Shown here one piece after another: positions 25,358-27,038 of a DNA stretch of 27,038 nucleotides; position 1 is the stretch's first letter; each line of letters begins with the position of its first letter. Origin of the DNA: a virus (lineage: Duplodnaviria; Caudoviricetes); the IMG/VR virus record IMGVR_UViG_3300012348_000035, positions 1-27,038 of that record; one strand, written 5' to 3'. The notes under the pieces were generated by a model that made no database searches, was not told the DNA's origin, and was given only the letters and a program-made list of their open reading frames with translations. The position numbers and the translations under genes are program-made.

Positions 25358-26573
25358 AGCACAGCGTATGATTGCAGATTGTCCTATGCGTTTTCGCGTA
25401 GCGGTTTGCGGCAGGAGATTCGGGAAAACTCACTTAGCATTAAGAGAGTTAGCCAAATACGCAAGTAAGCCAGATCAGCGTGTTTGGTATGTTGCACCTA
25501 CATACCGAATGGCTAAACAGATTTTGTGGAAGAAAATTAAAAAGAAGTTAGTTAATCTAAACTGGGTAAAGAAAGTCAATGAGCAAGACTTAACTCTAGA
25601 GTTAGTTAATGGTAGTGAAATATCACTAAGAGGTGCTGACAACTATGATTCATTACGCGGTGTGGGATTAAACTTTATCTGTTTGGATGAGGCAGCAGAC
25701 ATTGACAAAGAAGCGTGGTATGAAGTATTACGCCCCACACTAGCAGACACAGGTGGACATGCATTGTTTCTAGGCACACCAAAAGGTATGAATTGGTTCA
25801 AAGATTTGTATGACAATTATACTAGATTAAGCAACTGGATGAGTTTTCAGTTTACTACCATTGATGGTGGCAATGTTCCCCCAGATGAAGTTGAACAAGC
25901 ACGTCAAGACTTGGATGCAAGAACATTTAGTCAAGAGTTTTTAGCAACCTTTGAAAACTTTAGTGGCATTGTTGCTTACGCATTTGGCGCACATAACATC
26001 AAGCCTGCAGATCCTATTTCACCAACTGAACAATTAATACTAGGCACTGACTTTAACGTTAATCCAATGTCATGCACAGTTATGCGAAGAACACAGGATG
26101 GTTTACATCAAATAGACGAGATTGTTCTTTACAGTAGTAACACTAATGAACTTATAGATGAGATTAGAAATAGATATCCTAGAAATCCTATACAGATATT
26201 TCCTGACCCAGCAGGTGTTCAACGTAAGACAAGTGCAAATGGTAACACTGACATTAAGATTCTAGAGAACGCTGGATTCACAGTTAGATATCATAGACAA
26301 CATCCTCAGGTCAAAGACAGGATCAATGCTGCCAACAGTTTGTTCTTTTTGCGTGACAATAGTTCTACAAGATTCTACATAGATACAAAATGCAAGCATA
26401 CAATAAAAAGTTTGCAACAGTTTTGTTATAAAGAAGGCACACAAATACCTGACAAAGATTCTGGATTTGACCACATGTTTGACGCATTAACTTACGCAAT
26501 ACAGTTCTTATTCCCAATCAACAAGGAACAGCCTGTTATTATTCCAAAACGCTTTGGACATCAATTAGCATAA
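25344..26573 (+). CDS. terL: terminase large subunit
   Basis: Walker A GRRFGKT, Walker B CLDEAA, GTPKG, nuclease motifs GTDFN and DHMFDALTY. Confidence 0.95.
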   Translation: MALSKAQRMIADCPMRFRVAVCGRRFGKTHLALRELAKYASKPDQRVWYVAPTYRMAKQILWKKIKKKLVNLNWVKKVNEQDLTLELVNGSEISLRGADNYDSLRGVGLNFICLDEAADIDKEAWYEVLRPTLADTGGHALFLGTPKGMNWFKDLYDNYTRLSNWMSFQFTTIDGGNVPPDEVEQARQDLDARTFSQEFLATFENFSGIVAYAFGAHNIKPADPISPTEQLILGTDFNVNPMSCTVMRRTQDGLHQIDEIVLYSSNTNELIDEIRNRYPRNPIQIFPDPAGVQRKTSANGNTDIKILENAGFTVRYHRQHPQVKDRINAANSLFFLRDNSSTRFYIDTKCKHTIKSLQQFCYKEGTQIPDKDSGFDHMFDALTYAIQFLFPINKEQPVIIPKRFGHQLA

Positions 26574-26584
26574 GAAAGAAAAAG

Positions 26585-26989
26585 ATGAGAGATAAACTAA
26601 AAGAAGCATATAGATCACAACGAGGTAGTGCTATTAAAAGAGGTATAGAATTTCAATTTACCTACGATGAATGGTTGTCTTGGTGGGGCGATGATATCGT
26701 AAATAGAGGTCAAGGCCGTGATAAGTTAGTTATGGCTAGACACGGTGATATCGGTCCTTATCATCCAGATAACTGTAAAAAAATAACTCATAGTGAAAAT
26801 ACCATTGAAGGAAATAAACGCCGCAATGCTAGTGAAGAAACTAGAAGAAAAATAGGCGAAGCATCTCGTATTAGAAATACGGGTAAAACATTTATTATGT
26901 CAGATGAAACTAAAGCAAAGATTAGTGCTGCTACCAAAGGCAGAACAGCCTGGAATAAGGGCAAAACTTCTCAGCATCAACTTGCATAA
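26585..26989 (+). CDS. free-standing HNH-like homing endonuclease with NUMOD3 repeats
   Basis: 'MARHGDIGPYHPDNCKKITHSEN' His-Me core; 'SEETRRKIG' and 'SDETKAKISAATKGRTAWNKGK' NUMOD3 motifs. Confidence 0.75.
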   Translation: MRDKLKEAYRSQRGSAIKRGIEFQFTYDEWLSWWGDDIVNRGQGRDKLVMARHGDIGPYHPDNCKKITHSENTIEGNKRRNASEETRRKIGEASRIRNTGKTFIMSDETKAKISAATKGRTAWNKGKTSQHQLA

Positions 26990-26994
26990 ATAAC
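26985..26994 (+). promoter_or_regulatory. putative late promoter (TAAATA box) for the head operon
   Basis: CATAAATAAC, identical 10-mer to 1488 and 11414. Confidence 0.55.
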
Positions 26995-27016
26995 TTATTA
27001 AAAGGAGCCTATAAAC

Positions 27017-27038
27017 ATGGCTGAGTTACAAACATTTC
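27017..27038 (+). CDS. 5' end of next gene (MAELQTF...), probably portal
   Basis: RBS aaaggag plus ATG; identity from synteny after terL only. Confidence 0.45.

Noticed and set aside
910-26474. All minus-strand ORFs in the track (e.g. 910-1254, 2560-2868, 3184-3591, 10348-10698, 21174-21536)
   Set aside because: Nearly all are antisense shadows of well-supported + strand genes, with no RBS or recognisable motifs
1-27038. Alternative genetic code or stop-codon recoding
   Set aside because: Long genes are intact under code 11 and tightly coupled; no sign of fragmentation

Overview
About 27 kb of an AT-rich, long-tailed (siphovirus-type) phage genome, with all credible genes on the + strand. 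Order: probable neck genes, tail tube, tail chaperones with a lambda-type GGGAAAG -1 frameshift, tape measure, tail tip and three fibre-like proteins (51-15316); small basic and membrane ORFs (15318-16454); a terminator, then short early genes behind repeated sigma70 promoter/leader cassettes (16551-20326); AAA+ ATPase, NUMOD-like protein, two structured non-coding regions, small ORFs, terS/terL, an HNH-NUMOD3 homing endonuclease and the first codons of the probable portal. Gene order suggests only the portal-to-capsid block is missing, yet I recognise no polymerase, primase, helicase, integrase, repressor, sigma factor or endolysin. Late units start with a T4 gp55-like TAAATA box. The leading hypothesis is a phage that builds its own virion but borrows late transcription and replication from a large T4-like helper. 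All family calls come from reading motifs by eye; no searches were run.
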